DNA from: Candidatus Kapaibacterium sp.
GTDB lineage: Bacteria > Bacteroidota > Ignavibacteria > Kapaibacteriales > UBA961
Direction of reading: 5' to 3'
DNA: 64,000 bases
Assembly (NCBI GenBank): GCA_046328995.1
Contig: JAXLVN010000003.1
Span: 431,784 to 495,783 of the forward strand
Shown here: positions 46,832 through 56,127 of the stretch, one piece after another
Numbering within the stretch: the first letter of the stretch is position 1
Layout of the letters: every line of letters starts with the position of its first letter
Position numbers and translations under genes: made by a program
The notes under the pieces: model-generated
Seen by the model: only the letters and a program-made list of their open reading frames with translations
What the model was told of the DNA's origin: nothing
Databases searched by the model: none

Positions 46832-48256
46832 ATGAACAAATTACTTTTTCTTTTCATACTTGTCCTATCAACTATTTCCATTGGTTATGGGCAAACTGCT
46901 TCAGATTATACCGAATCCGGCAATGTGAAATTTGACAATCAAGATTATAAAGGTGCTATTGAAGAATATACCAAAGCCCTACAACTCAATCCAAAACTTG
47001 ACTCAGTCATTATCGATATAGGATTATCTAAGTATTACATACAAGATTATGTCGGCGCATTGGAAGACCTTACAAAGGCCATCGCACTCAACCCTCGCAA
47101 TGCAGTAGCTTACTATAATAGAGGGTTAGTTAAATTATCGAAAGAAGATTACACAGCTGCAATAGTCGATTTTTCAAAAGCTATAGAATACGATTCTGTA
47201 TTATCAGAGGCATATCATCTCAGAGGGTGGGGCAAAAATCTCATGAAGGACTACAGCGGTGCTATCGTGGATATTTCAAAATCTATTAAGTTGGATTCAA
47301 GTACTTCAATGACTTTTTTTCGAAGAGGATTGGTAGAAAAGCAGTTGCAGAATTATAAAAATTCCGAAGAAGATTTTACGAGCGCAATCGCTCTTGATTC
47401 TACCGTTGCAGAATATTATAATTACAGAGGAGTTGTTCGGAATATTAGTGGTGATACCCTAAGCGCGTTTAACGATTACACGAAGGCAATCGAGCTTGAT
47501 TCCATGAATTACTATGCACGTCGTAACAGAGCCATACTAAAAAATGCAGCCAAAGATTATAGCGGAGCTTTGATCGACTATAATAAAGCAATAGAAATAA
47601 ATCCAAAGTATTCAGCTGCATTTAATGGGAGGGGAATTACAAAGTCTTTAATGAAAGATTATTCTGCTTCAATTCTAGACTATACAAAAGCTATTGATTT
47701 AGAAACAGATAATTATATAGCATATTTCAATAGAGGACTGTCTTATAAGGGTTTGAAAAATCATCTCTATGCAATAGCCGATTTTTCAAAAACAATCGCT
47801 ATCAATCCAACTGATTTTAGTGCCTTTGCGGAAAGAGGACGTTCAAAAATTGAGATAAAGGACTACACCGGCGCAATAGAAGATTATACAAAAGTTATAC
47901 AACATGATTCCAGCAATACAACTGCTCTCAATAATCGAGGATATGCAAAGTACGAACTTCATGACTATGATGGTGCAATTCAAGATTGTTCACTAGCTAT
48001 TTCTAAAGATGCAAAATTTTCAGTGGCATACACCACAAGAGCGGATGCGAAAGCCAAATTGAAAGACTACACCGGTGCAATGATAGATTACTCAAAAGCA
48101 TTAGAATTAGATCCAAAAGATTCAGATGCGTATTTGGGTAGAGGTAGTATCAAACATACATTGAATGATACAGTTGGAGCATGTGCTGATTGGAGAAAAG
48201 CGGGTGAATTAGGTAAAGGTGAAGCAGATAGCTTTATCAAAGAACATTGCAAATGA
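46832..48256 (+). CDS. Secreted tetratricopeptide-repeat protein (about 12 TPR units)
   Basis: Signal peptide MNKLLFLFILVLSTISIGYG, then a repeated 34-aa A..Y/DY.GAI.D..KAIELDP pattern. Confidence 0.75.
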   Translation: MNKLLFLFILVLSTISIGYGQTASDYTESGNVKFDNQDYKGAIEEYTKALQLNPKLDSVIIDIGLSKYYIQDYVGALEDLTKAIALNPRNAVAYYNRGLVKLSKEDYTAAIVDFSKAIEYDSVLSEAYHLRGWGKNLMKDYSGAIVDISKSIKLDSSTSMTFFRRGLVEKQLQNYKNSEEDFTSAIALDSTVAEYYNYRGVVRNISGDTLSAFNDYTKAIELDSMNYYARRNRAILKNAAKDYSGALIDYNKAIEINPKYSAAFNGRGITKSLMKDYSASILDYTKAIDLETDNYIAYFNRGLSYKGLKNHLYAIADFSKTIAINPTDFSAFAERGRSKIEIKDYTGAIEDYTKVIQHDSSNTTALNNRGYAKYELHDYDGAIQDCSLAISKDAKFSVAYTTRADAKAKLKDYTGAMIDYSKALELDPKDSDAYLGRGSIKHTLNDTVGACADWRKAGELGKGEADSFIKEHCK

Positions 48257-48437
48257 AGCAAGATGAAATTCATATAACAAATCAGGTGTTGATATATTTA
48301 TCTACTTGAAATATCAATGTAGTAAATGTTTGCTCTAATTGCCCAATCCACCAAATCGCACCGAATATATCACCATCTTTCCAAAAAGCCGTATTTTTGA
48401 GCACATTTCAGCTCATTAACTATCGGAATATTGAATA

Positions 48438-50120
48438 ATGAATCATACCTCACGTTCGCTTGCCGAACACGAAACAACGCTCAATCAAGCAATTACCGCT
48501 AATAAAACCCGTGAATTCTATGCTCATTGGCCCGAGCCGCCGAGTGGAAAAATCTATGGCGAGACCGCTAATGCAGACGGTCAAGCCGCCTTCGAAGCCC
48601 GCTTAAACAAAGCATTTGTCGGCTTGGATTCCCTTAATTCTTCCGGCACCGTCGGCGAAGAATCCTCGCCCTTCGGCTTTCCGCTTGGTATTACGTATCC
48701 TTATCTCTCCGTCGAAACGCTTGCCTCCAATGCCACAGCCGTCGCCAAAGAATGGCGCGCAATTTCCCCGAAAGAACGTGCATTGATTCTCATTGAATGC
48801 TTAGAACGCGCCTCCAAACATTTCTTTGAAATCGGTTATGCCACGATGCACACTACTGGGCAGGGTTTTGTGATGGCATTTCAGGCGTCGGGTCCGCACG
48901 CATTCGACCGCGCCTTAGAAGCAATTGCCATGGGATATTCCGCACTGGAGATGTTCAATCCCACCGCGGAATGGACCAAGCCAATGGGTAAAATGGCAGT
49001 GACGCTCCGTAAAAAATTCGTAGCCGTGCCAAAAGGTGTGAATTGCACCATCGGTTGCTCGACCTTCCCGCTGTGGAATTCCCTTCCCGGGATGTTCGCT
49101 TCGCTTATTACCGGCAATACGACAATTGCCAAAACGCATCCGAAAGTTACGCTGCCGATGGCGATTTTTGTGGCTAGCTGTCAGCAGACGCTGACCGAAC
49201 TCGGTATTAATCCGCATATTATACAACTCGGGGCAGATTCATCCATCTCGCCGATGACGTTTGATATTGCGTGGCATCCGGCAGTGACGACGATTGATTA
49301 TACCGGCAGCGCAACGATTGGTTCTAAGCTCGAACGCCTCATCGTCGGCTCGAATAAAGTCCTGTTTACTGAAAAGGTTGGCGTCAATTGCTGTTTAATC
49401 GAAAGCACCGATAATCTCGATGCAGTTCTCGATAATCTCGCCTTTGGAATTACCCTCTACAGCGGTCAGATGTGCACCGCTCCGCAGAATTTCTTTATCC
49501 CGAAAAATGGTGTGATGGAAAATGGCACTCTCATCCCTCTAAGCGACGTAGCAAGCCGCCTCGCCGCCAAAATTGACGGATTGGTATTCAATGAAAAAAT
49601 CGGTCCGGGCACGCTCGGCGCGCTCCAAAATCCTGCTACCCTTGAACGCCTGCACGAGGCATCACAGCTTGGCGGAACGATCGTTCGACCAAGTGCGCCG
49701 GTAGCTCAGCAGGGATTTGCCGGCTCGCGCACCGTATCGCCGCTGATCATGCAAGTAACGGAAAATCAAAAAGATATTTACGAAAAAGAGTGGTTTGGTC
49801 CGATTGGATTTGTGATTCCTGTCGAAGATTTTAATCAAGGAATTGACCTCATGGCTGAGTCTGCCAAGACGCATGGAGCACTCTCGGCGGCAGTCTATAC
49901 GACGGACGATGCGAAGAAGGAACATGCGGAAAATGAACTTCTCTACGCAGGCGCGCCGGTAGCATTTAATTTCACCGGACCAATTTGGGTGAATCAATCG
50001 GCTGCCTTCAGTGATTTCCACGGAACGGGCGCTAATCCCGCCGGCAGCGCATCCTTTGCCGATTTGAGTTTTGTTTGTAATCGGTATAATGTGATTGGAA
50101 GTCGTGAGAAGATTGGGTAA
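48438..50120 (+). CDS. Aldehyde dehydrogenase superfamily protein, PaaN-like (ring-opening / semialdehyde dehydrogenase type)
   Basis: 560 aa; catalytic-Cys motif ..LYSGQMCTAPQNFFIP.. and divergent Glu region ..NCCLIESTDN..; the length and N-terminal extension resemble PaaN rather than canonical 480-aa ALDHs. Confidence 0.5.
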   Translation: MNHTSRSLAEHETTLNQAITANKTREFYAHWPEPPSGKIYGETANADGQAAFEARLNKAFVGLDSLNSSGTVGEESSPFGFPLGITYPYLSVETLASNATAVAKEWRAISPKERALILIECLERASKHFFEIGYATMHTTGQGFVMAFQASGPHAFDRALEAIAMGYSALEMFNPTAEWTKPMGKMAVTLRKKFVAVPKGVNCTIGCSTFPLWNSLPGMFASLITGNTTIAKTHPKVTLPMAIFVASCQQTLTELGINPHIIQLGADSSISPMTFDIAWHPAVTTIDYTGSATIGSKLERLIVGSNKVLFTEKVGVNCCLIESTDNLDAVLDNLAFGITLYSGQMCTAPQNFFIPKNGVMENGTLIPLSDVASRLAAKIDGLVFNEKIGPGTLGALQNPATLERLHEASQLGGTIVRPSAPVAQQGFAGSRTVSPLIMQVTENQKDIYEKEWFGPIGFVIPVEDFNQGIDLMAESAKTHGALSAAVYTTDDAKKEHAENELLYAGAPVAFNFTGPIWVNQSAAFSDFHGTGANPAGSASFADLSFVCNRYNVIGSREKIG

Positions 50121-50160
50121 TGGAATTCCGGTGAAATTTCATGTGGGTTCGTATAAAATC

Positions 50161-50343
50161 GTAGGGGCAACCCTTGCGGTTGCCCAAAAACGTCCTGACC
50201 GCACAGAGCCGGGGCAACCATAAAGGATTGCCCCTACGGCGGTTAATCAGATGATAAGGGGATTTTGTAGGGGCAACCCTTGCCGTTGCCCAACAACGTA
50301 ATGCCCGAACAGCGCCGGGGCAACCGTAAAGGATTGCCCCTAC
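50161..50343. repeat. Two tandem copies (50161-50237, 50267-50343; about 85% identical) of a 77-nt palindromic REP/MITE-like element with termini GTAGGGGCAA...TTGCCCCTAC
   Basis: gtaggggcaacccttgcggttgccc....ccggggcaaccataaaggattgcccctac and a near-identical second copy; nested inverted repeats. Confidence 0.8.
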
Positions 50344-50396
50344 GTCGGTTAATTAATAAATCATATTTTATAGACCAATATTTTAATTGTCAAAAA

Positions 50397-51326
50397 ATGA
50401 AAAATATTCTTCTTCTTGCTTTTATTTTTCTCGGAGTTAGTTCCATGAGCGCGCAGGACACGACCTGGAAAAAGGGTGGTGTGGTGACGCTGAATTTCAA
50501 TCAGGTGAGTTTGGTGAATTGGGCGGCCGGCGGTGACGGTTCGTACTCGATTACGGGGTTGTTCAATTACTTTGCCAATCACAAGTCCGAGAATACATCG
50601 TGGGATAATACGCTCGATTTGGCGTATGGACTCATTAAAACGTCGGATAATCCTATTCGCAAAAACGAAGACCGTATCGAGCTTAATTCGAAGTATGGTA
50701 AGAGGGCTACGGAAGACTTTTTCTACACGGCGCTCCTTAATCTGCGCAGTCAATTTGATAATGGATATGCGTATCCCAATGATTCTACAATAGTTTCACG
50801 CTTTGCAGCTCCGGCCTACGTGACATTTGCTCTCGGTATGGACTACAAGCCGCTTCCGTATTTCTCCTTATTCCTCTCTCCTGCGACGGGTAAATTGACC
50901 ATTGTCGGTGATCAACGCCTTGCAGATTCAGGCGCTTATGGTGTGGATAAAGCGACGTTTGGCCCATCTGGAAACAAACTCACCGACGGTAAAACGACGC
51001 GGTTTGAATTCGGTGCGTTCATGGTCGCGAAATTCCAAAAAGAAGTGATGACCAATGTCAGCGTTACCTCCAATCTCACGTTGTTTAATAATTACACGGA
51101 TAAAGTGAGTTCGAACCGTACAAACATCGACGTCAACTGGGATTTGCTTATCTCCATGAAAGTCAACGAGTACATCTCGGCGACGATTGCAACGAATGTG
51201 ATTTATGACCACGATATTCCGGTGCCGATTTATGAGACGATCAGCGGTGTGAAGACGAAAATCGGAACGGGTCCGCGGACGCAATTCAAGCAGTCGTTGG
51301 GGATAGGGTTTGGGTATAAATTGTAG
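50397..51326 (+). CDS. DUF3078-family outer-membrane beta-barrel protein
   Basis: Signal peptide MKNILLLAFIFLGVSSMSAQ; ..WKKGGVVTLNFNQVSLVNWAAGG.. N-terminal signature of DUF3078; C-terminal ..GIGFGYKL. Confidence 0.6.
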   Translation: MKNILLLAFIFLGVSSMSAQDTTWKKGGVVTLNFNQVSLVNWAAGGDGSYSITGLFNYFANHKSENTSWDNTLDLAYGLIKTSDNPIRKNEDRIELNSKYGKRATEDFFYTALLNLRSQFDNGYAYPNDSTIVSRFAAPAYVTFALGMDYKPLPYFSLFLSPATGKLTIVGDQRLADSGAYGVDKATFGPSGNKLTDGKTTRFEFGAFMVAKFQKEVMTNVSVTSNLTLFNNYTDKVSSNRTNIDVNWDLLISMKVNEYISATIATNVIYDHDIPVPIYETISGVKTKIGTGPRTQFKQSLGIGFGYKL

Positions 51327-51368
51327 GGGGATTTGCGGTAATCGTTTGATTGGTAAGTAGTTTTATGC

Positions 51369-51469
51369 GTAGGGGCGAATTGCATTCGCCCCTTTCGTTT
51401 TGTATGACCGAGGCGAAAGCAATACGCCCTATTTTCAGCACGACCAGGGCGAATGCAATTCGCCCCTAC
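51369..51469. repeat. Third, divergent member of the GTAGGGGC...GCCCCTAC palindromic element family (101 nt), with 25-nt perfect terminal inverted repeats
   Basis: gtaggggcgaattgcattcgcccct ... aggggcgaatgcaattcgcccctac; lies between the convergent ends of DUF3078 and the SBP gene. Confidence 0.75.
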
Positions 51470-51483
51470 GGCAGACTATAGTA

Positions 51484-52746
51484 TTATTTCCCACCCATCT
51501 CCACTTCCACAATCCTCCTCCGCGCTGCTTCAAGCGCCTCACGCGCTGATTTCTTGCGATAGACGGCATTCATAATTTCCTCTTCGAGGATGCGTTCAGC
51601 GTCTAAGAAGTGGGGCGATGCCGGTAGGGGACGTGCATTGCGAACCTGCTCGAGAAAATTTAGTTGATGGTCAGAGTATTGTGCCGCGGTGTGCGGAGAA
51701 AACACCGCTTTATCCGCCGGAAAACCTGCATCGGATACCGTTTTGCAAAACGCGCTTGATTGAGGATACGACGTCAGAAATTGGATTAATAATTCCGCTT
51801 CTCTGCTATGCGTTGACTGCGAAGAGCGTGCAAGACAATCACCGCCGAGAATGCTGTAGCCGGTGAAACCAATATCCGAAGTGGGAATTTGTCCCAACAC
51901 CACAAACGCTGTATCTTCATGAATTTCATGAGCCTTGTCGAGCAGCCATTGTCCTGTAATCCATGCTCCTATCTTTCCTTGCAGGAGTTTATCGTCGAGC
52001 GTGCGGGACTGTTCCTGCGTGCCACCGTCGCACAACTCTAAGTAAAATTCCAACCCCATAACTGCTGCCGGGTCGAAGGTACTGCTAAGTGGATTCTTTG
52101 TAAAGAGAGTACTGCCGGCACTCCAAATCACCGGGAGCGCTTTTTTGAGCACATTGTGAGGTTCGGCGGAGTTTATTCCCCAAAATCCTGCCGTTCCACG
52201 TTGCTTTTTCATCGCACGGAGCATATCCCATGTATATTTACCATAATCTAATTTAGTTCGAGCCGGGAACGAATCCACATTCGGAATCAGTTTACGCGAA
52301 ATCACCATCGCGCGGGTATTCATTGTCCATGGCAGGGCGTAGATATGTGCTTGCGTGGTAAGGGATTGCAGGGCAGGTGAGAAGTAGCGGCTCGTGTCCT
52401 GAGCCAGCGAGTCTGAGAGCGGACTGAGCGCGCCGGATGCGATAAATTCGGGCATCCATTCGAAGCCGAGGTGGACGACGTCGGGCGCTGTGCGAGAGTT
52501 AAAACCGAGCATGAGTTTGGTTTTGCCGTCGGACCATTGCAAATCCGTGAGCTCGACATGGATCGTCGGATGGAGTTTTTCGAATTGTGTAATCAGCGTC
52601 ATCAGTGCTTGCTTTTGGCGCGGTTCACTCCAGAAATGCCAGAGGGTAATCGTCGTTTTGGACGGAGAACTGTGTGAATTGCAGGAAAGGCCAATACATG
52701 CAACACAAAGCATGACAACGATAGACACCGTTCGCAGCTTAGTCAT
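51484..52746 (-). CDS. ABC transporter substrate-binding lipoprotein (family 1, sugar/maltodextrin-like); no permease or ATPase partner in the window
   Basis: Lipoprotein signal ...CVACIGLSCN; ..TITLWHFWSE.. N-terminal motif typical of family-1 solute-binding proteins. Confidence 0.6.
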   Translation of the reverse strand: MTKLRTVSIVVMLCVACIGLSCNSHSSPSKTTITLWHFWSEPRQKQALMTLITQFEKLHPTIHVELTDLQWSDGKTKLMLGFNSRTAPDVVHLGFEWMPEFIASGALSPLSDSLAQDTSRYFSPALQSLTTQAHIYALPWTMNTRAMVISRKLIPNVDSFPARTKLDYGKYTWDMLRAMKKQRGTAGFWGINSAEPHNVLKKALPVIWSAGSTLFTKNPLSSTFDPAAVMGLEFYLELCDGGTQEQSRTLDDKLLQGKIGAWITGQWLLDKAHEIHEDTAFVVLGQIPTSDIGFTGYSILGGDCLARSSQSTHSREAELLIQFLTSYPQSSAFCKTVSDAGFPADKAVFSPHTAAQYSDHQLNFLEQVRNARPLPASPHFLDAERILEEEIMNAVYRKKSAREALEAARRRIVEVEMGGK

Positions 52747-54583
52747 GAGAGTCCTGTGCTATTGGCAGCTTGAGCGCATTGGTATCGAGCTTGAGCTGCG
52801 TCGAGTCGGACTGCGGATAGAAGAATTTTTGGAGCATTTTCTGTGCAATAGGAGCAGAAATTGCACCACCGAGACCGGCGTTTTCGACCATGACACACAT
52901 TGCGATTCGTGGCTTTTCCTTGGGGGCAAAGCAGATGAACCATGCGTGGTCGTTGCCGTGAGGATTCTGCGCAGTACCGGTTTTTCCGCAGACATTGACG
53001 CCATTGAGGCGGGCGGCGGCGGCTGTTCCTCCGGGTACATTCACTACATCATACATTGCATTTTGGATGAGGGCGAAGATGTCGGGATTGACATTTATTG
53101 TTCGGTGAGCGAACGGAATGACTTCCATTTTCTTTGTCTTACGATTATAAATCGAGTTCACGAAATGCGGTTGGTAAATAGTACCGCCATTGGCAAGCGC
53201 TGCGCAATACACGGCCATTTGGGTGGGAGTAACGAGTAATTCACCTTGTCCGATACCGAGATTAACGAGCCGTCCATCCATTTCACGTTCACTTAAGCCG
53301 TGTCTTTTATAGTAATTAAAAGAAGGAAGCAAGCCCGGTGTGTCTTCGGGAATATCGATGTAGGTCTTTTCTCCGAAGCCGAACATCCGACCATACTGTG
53401 TGAATTTTTCGATACCGAGTCGAGGTCCCATGGAGTTAAAAAACGAATTGCACGATACATGGATGGCGCGCTGTGCATTGACCACGCCGTGAGCATGACC
53501 ACCGTGGCATTTCCAGGTGCGGCCACCATACGTGAATCCTCCTGTACAGGTAAAAGTAGTCTTCGGCGTAATGACACCTTCCTGCAGGCAGGCAGCAGCC
53601 ATGAGCATTTTCCAAGTCGAGCCGGGTGGGTAGGCGGCGAGAGTAGCGCGATTAAAGAGTGGTTTTGATTCATCCTGAAGGAGCTTTCCATAGACATTGC
53701 CGGGGGTGCGACCGCTAAAGGCGCGGAGATCGAAGTCCGGCTTAGAGGCAAAGGTAATGAGTTCACCATTATTCGGGTCAAGCGCGACTATGGCTCCATG
53801 GCGTCCCTCGAGGAGCTGTTCGGCTAATTCCTGCATATCTTTATCGATGCCGAGATGAAGGTCGAATCCCTCTTCCGGAAGAATATCGTTCGCGCCTTCC
53901 TGAAAGCTTGCTACTTTTTGTCCTGTTGCGTTAACGGCTACCATTTGTACGCCTTTGGCGCCGCGGAGGTAGTTTTCATATGTTTTCTCCATACCCGAGT
54001 AACCGACGATATCTCCCGGAGAGTAGTAATCGCCCATCGTTTTAAGCTGTGCTTCGGATATCTGCCGGGTAAAGCCGAGGGTATGGGACATGTTGGCGGT
54101 CGATTCGTAGAGGCGCTTGAACTCAACAACGATATCGACACCGGGGAGAAGGTCGTGATTTTCTTCCAGAGCAGCGAGCGTCTGAAAGTCTGCATCTCTG
54201 TATATTTTATTGGGTTTTACACGTGAGAGTATTTTCGACTCTTCGTATGCCTGCCGCACTTCAGCGGTATCGACCTGAAGGATCGAGGCGAGGAGCGGTA
54301 TAGATTCGGGGCGGAATTCATTTGGAGTAATGGTCACGGAAAAAGAAGGCGCGTTATGAACGATAATTTTCCCGTTCCGGTCAAAGATATTGCCGCGGAA
54401 GGGGTCGATCATAATCTGTTTAATGGCCTGTGTCTCGGCTTTTAATCGATAGACATTCCCTTGAATAATCTGTAAATAACCCAGACGGGCTACGAAAATT
54501 GAGAGAATAAAGAAGCAAACTGTTCGGAAAATAACACGACGCACCGGCGTTCCAAAATCAGAATCAAGAAGCGTAGGTTTCAT
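52739..54583 (-). CDS. mrdA: Penicillin-binding protein 2 (peptidoglycan D,D-transpeptidase)
   Basis: N-terminal TM plus dimerisation domain; transpeptidase motifs STWK (..PGSTWKM..), SCN (..HVSCNSFF..) and KTGT (..CGKTGTAQ..). Confidence 0.85.
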   Translation of the reverse strand: MKPTLLDSDFGTPVRRVIFRTVCFFILSIFVARLGYLQIIQGNVYRLKAETQAIKQIMIDPFRGNIFDRNGKIIVHNAPSFSVTITPNEFRPESIPLLASILQVDTAEVRQAYEESKILSRVKPNKIYRDADFQTLAALEENHDLLPGVDIVVEFKRLYESTANMSHTLGFTRQISEAQLKTMGDYYSPGDIVGYSGMEKTYENYLRGAKGVQMVAVNATGQKVASFQEGANDILPEEGFDLHLGIDKDMQELAEQLLEGRHGAIVALDPNNGELITFASKPDFDLRAFSGRTPGNVYGKLLQDESKPLFNRATLAAYPPGSTWKMLMAAACLQEGVITPKTTFTCTGGFTYGGRTWKCHGGHAHGVVNAQRAIHVSCNSFFNSMGPRLGIEKFTQYGRMFGFGEKTYIDIPEDTPGLLPSFNYYKRHGLSEREMDGRLVNLGIGQGELLVTPTQMAVYCAALANGGTIYQPHFVNSIYNRKTKKMEVIPFAHRTINVNPDIFALIQNAMYDVVNVPGGTAAAARLNGVNVCGKTGTAQNPHGNDHAWFICFAPKEKPRIAMCVMVENAGLGGAISAPIAQKMLQKFFYPQSDSTQLKLDTNALKLPIAQDSHD

Positions 54584-54681
54584 GGAAATTTCAGGGGTAA
54601 TAGATACAACAGAACCGACATGGGGATCAGGCGCAGAATTAGTACAAAATTAAGGATGTTTTCTCAGTCATGCACGGAGAA

Positions 54682-56127
54682 TTATTCGAGTGGGAGATTT
54701 TTTGGGGGTAATTTGGTGGGACGCTCGTCGAGATTATACGCAAAAGCCGAAAATGCAAAGATGATGGCCAGCAAGAACATACCCTCACGTTGATCGAAAA
54801 CACTACCGACAAAGTTAATAACTCCAATACCGACAAGCCCTACCGATGAACTAATTGCAAAGAAAAGGCGGCGTCTGTCGTGAGATGTCCAGGCTATTCG
54901 CCAGTTACGGATTACAATTGACAGTAAAATTCCAAAAAACAGTGCAGCCAAAGGAATACCCATCTTTTCAGCTGAGCCAAGATAATTGTTGTGAGCATAG
55001 CTACCGATGGTGGTGGTGCGGCTGATTGCATCATACCGGTTATGCGTCGTCTGCAAGCCACCGCCGCCTAGTGGATACTCTTCAATGCCTTTACGGAGTG
55101 ACTCGTTTTCATAGATTCTACTCAGATACGAGGGATCGGTCGCAAATTGAGCCGATGATGTGAAGCGAGTGTTGATGATATTGAGAATGAGTGTGGCTTT
55201 GCTGTTGAAAAAGATAAAACCAATACTTCCTACACTGAAACTAACCAGCAATATACCGATAAGCAGTTGAATCCGAAGGGTCTTGCGTAGTAATAGAATC
55301 ATCAGCAGTACGCCAACTGCATATCCTACCCATGCTGCGCGAGCAAGGGATATCAGGAGTACCGTAAAACAAAAAAAATGAAAGACCAGCAAGAGAATTT
55401 TGGGGATTTTTTTGGAGGTAAAGAGCACTGCCAGCAACGATGCCAGACTGGCAACGGTAAATACGCTTGCACCATTTCGAACGCCGACATATAAAAGCTG
55501 TGATGCAAATTTAAAATTTGAAAGGGCTGTTTTGTAGAGGTAAATAGCTGAAACACCTTGAATAATAAGAACAACAGTACAGACACCCAAGAGAATTGTT
55601 TGAGATTTTCTGTCCGCACAGATTTCACGGAGAGGGAGATAATACAAGATAATCAGATGCAATTGCCAGGTCTTGAGCCAGAATAACAGCTCCACATCAT
55701 TGGCGAGGGCAATCAAGCCGTTGATAGTCAAAAAGCCGAGAAAAATCATAAACATCAGATCAATCCAATGCGTTATGAGTTTTTTACGCTTCAAAATGAC
55801 ATGACTGAATATCCATGCAAAGAGCGACGCGTGATACGCCATCGCAAATAGAATAAGAGCACTCGACTCTTCGGTGATGGTTTTTGTATAGAAAAAATAG
55901 CTCGACAGCAGAACAGAATACAGCCACACTTTAGGAGAAAGTATATAGACCGATAGAGCGAGAATTCCTGCAATGATGATCGCACTTGCTACTTCTCCCA
56001 TGAGCATAAAAGTAGGGAAAATAAGCAGGGAAATGATTACAAATGCTGCACTTGCCGACCAGAAGGACAGAGTTTTGGAAGTCGTTTCGATGTGTTCATA
56101 TACACGTGTCAGTAGGGTGGATTTCAT
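54682..56127 (-). CDS. O-antigen ligase/polymerase family (Wzy_C/WaaL-like) integral membrane protein
   Basis: 481 aa, at least 10 TM; ..ISLARAAWVGYAVG.. and ..YAHNNYLGSAEKMGIPLAA.. match the O-antigen ligase family signatures. Confidence 0.6.
   Translation of the reverse strand: MKSTLLTRVYEHIETTSKTLSFWSASAAFVIISLLIFPTFMLMGEVASAIIIAGILALSVYILSPKVWLYSVLLSSYFFYTKTITEESSALILFAMAYHASLFAWIFSHVILKRKKLITHWIDLMFMIFLGFLTINGLIALANDVELLFWLKTWQLHLIILYYLPLREICADRKSQTILLGVCTVVLIIQGVSAIYLYKTALSNFKFASQLLYVGVRNGASVFTVASLASLLAVLFTSKKIPKILLLVFHFFCFTVLLISLARAAWVGYAVGVLLMILLLRKTLRIQLLIGILLVSFSVGSIGFIFFNSKATLILNIINTRFTSSAQFATDPSYLSRIYENESLRKGIEEYPLGGGGLQTTHNRYDAISRTTTIGSYAHNNYLGSAEKMGIPLAALFFGILLSIVIRNWRIAWTSHDRRRLFFAISSSVGLVGIGVINFVGSVFDQREGMFLLAIIFAFSAFAYNLDERPTKLPPKNLPLE

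Noticed and set aside
48438-50120. Annotating a phenylacetate (paa) degradation pathway
   Set aside because: Only a single PaaN-like ALDH is present. No PaaABCDE oxygenase, paaK ligase or beta-oxidation genes were found in the window, so a pathway call is unsupported.
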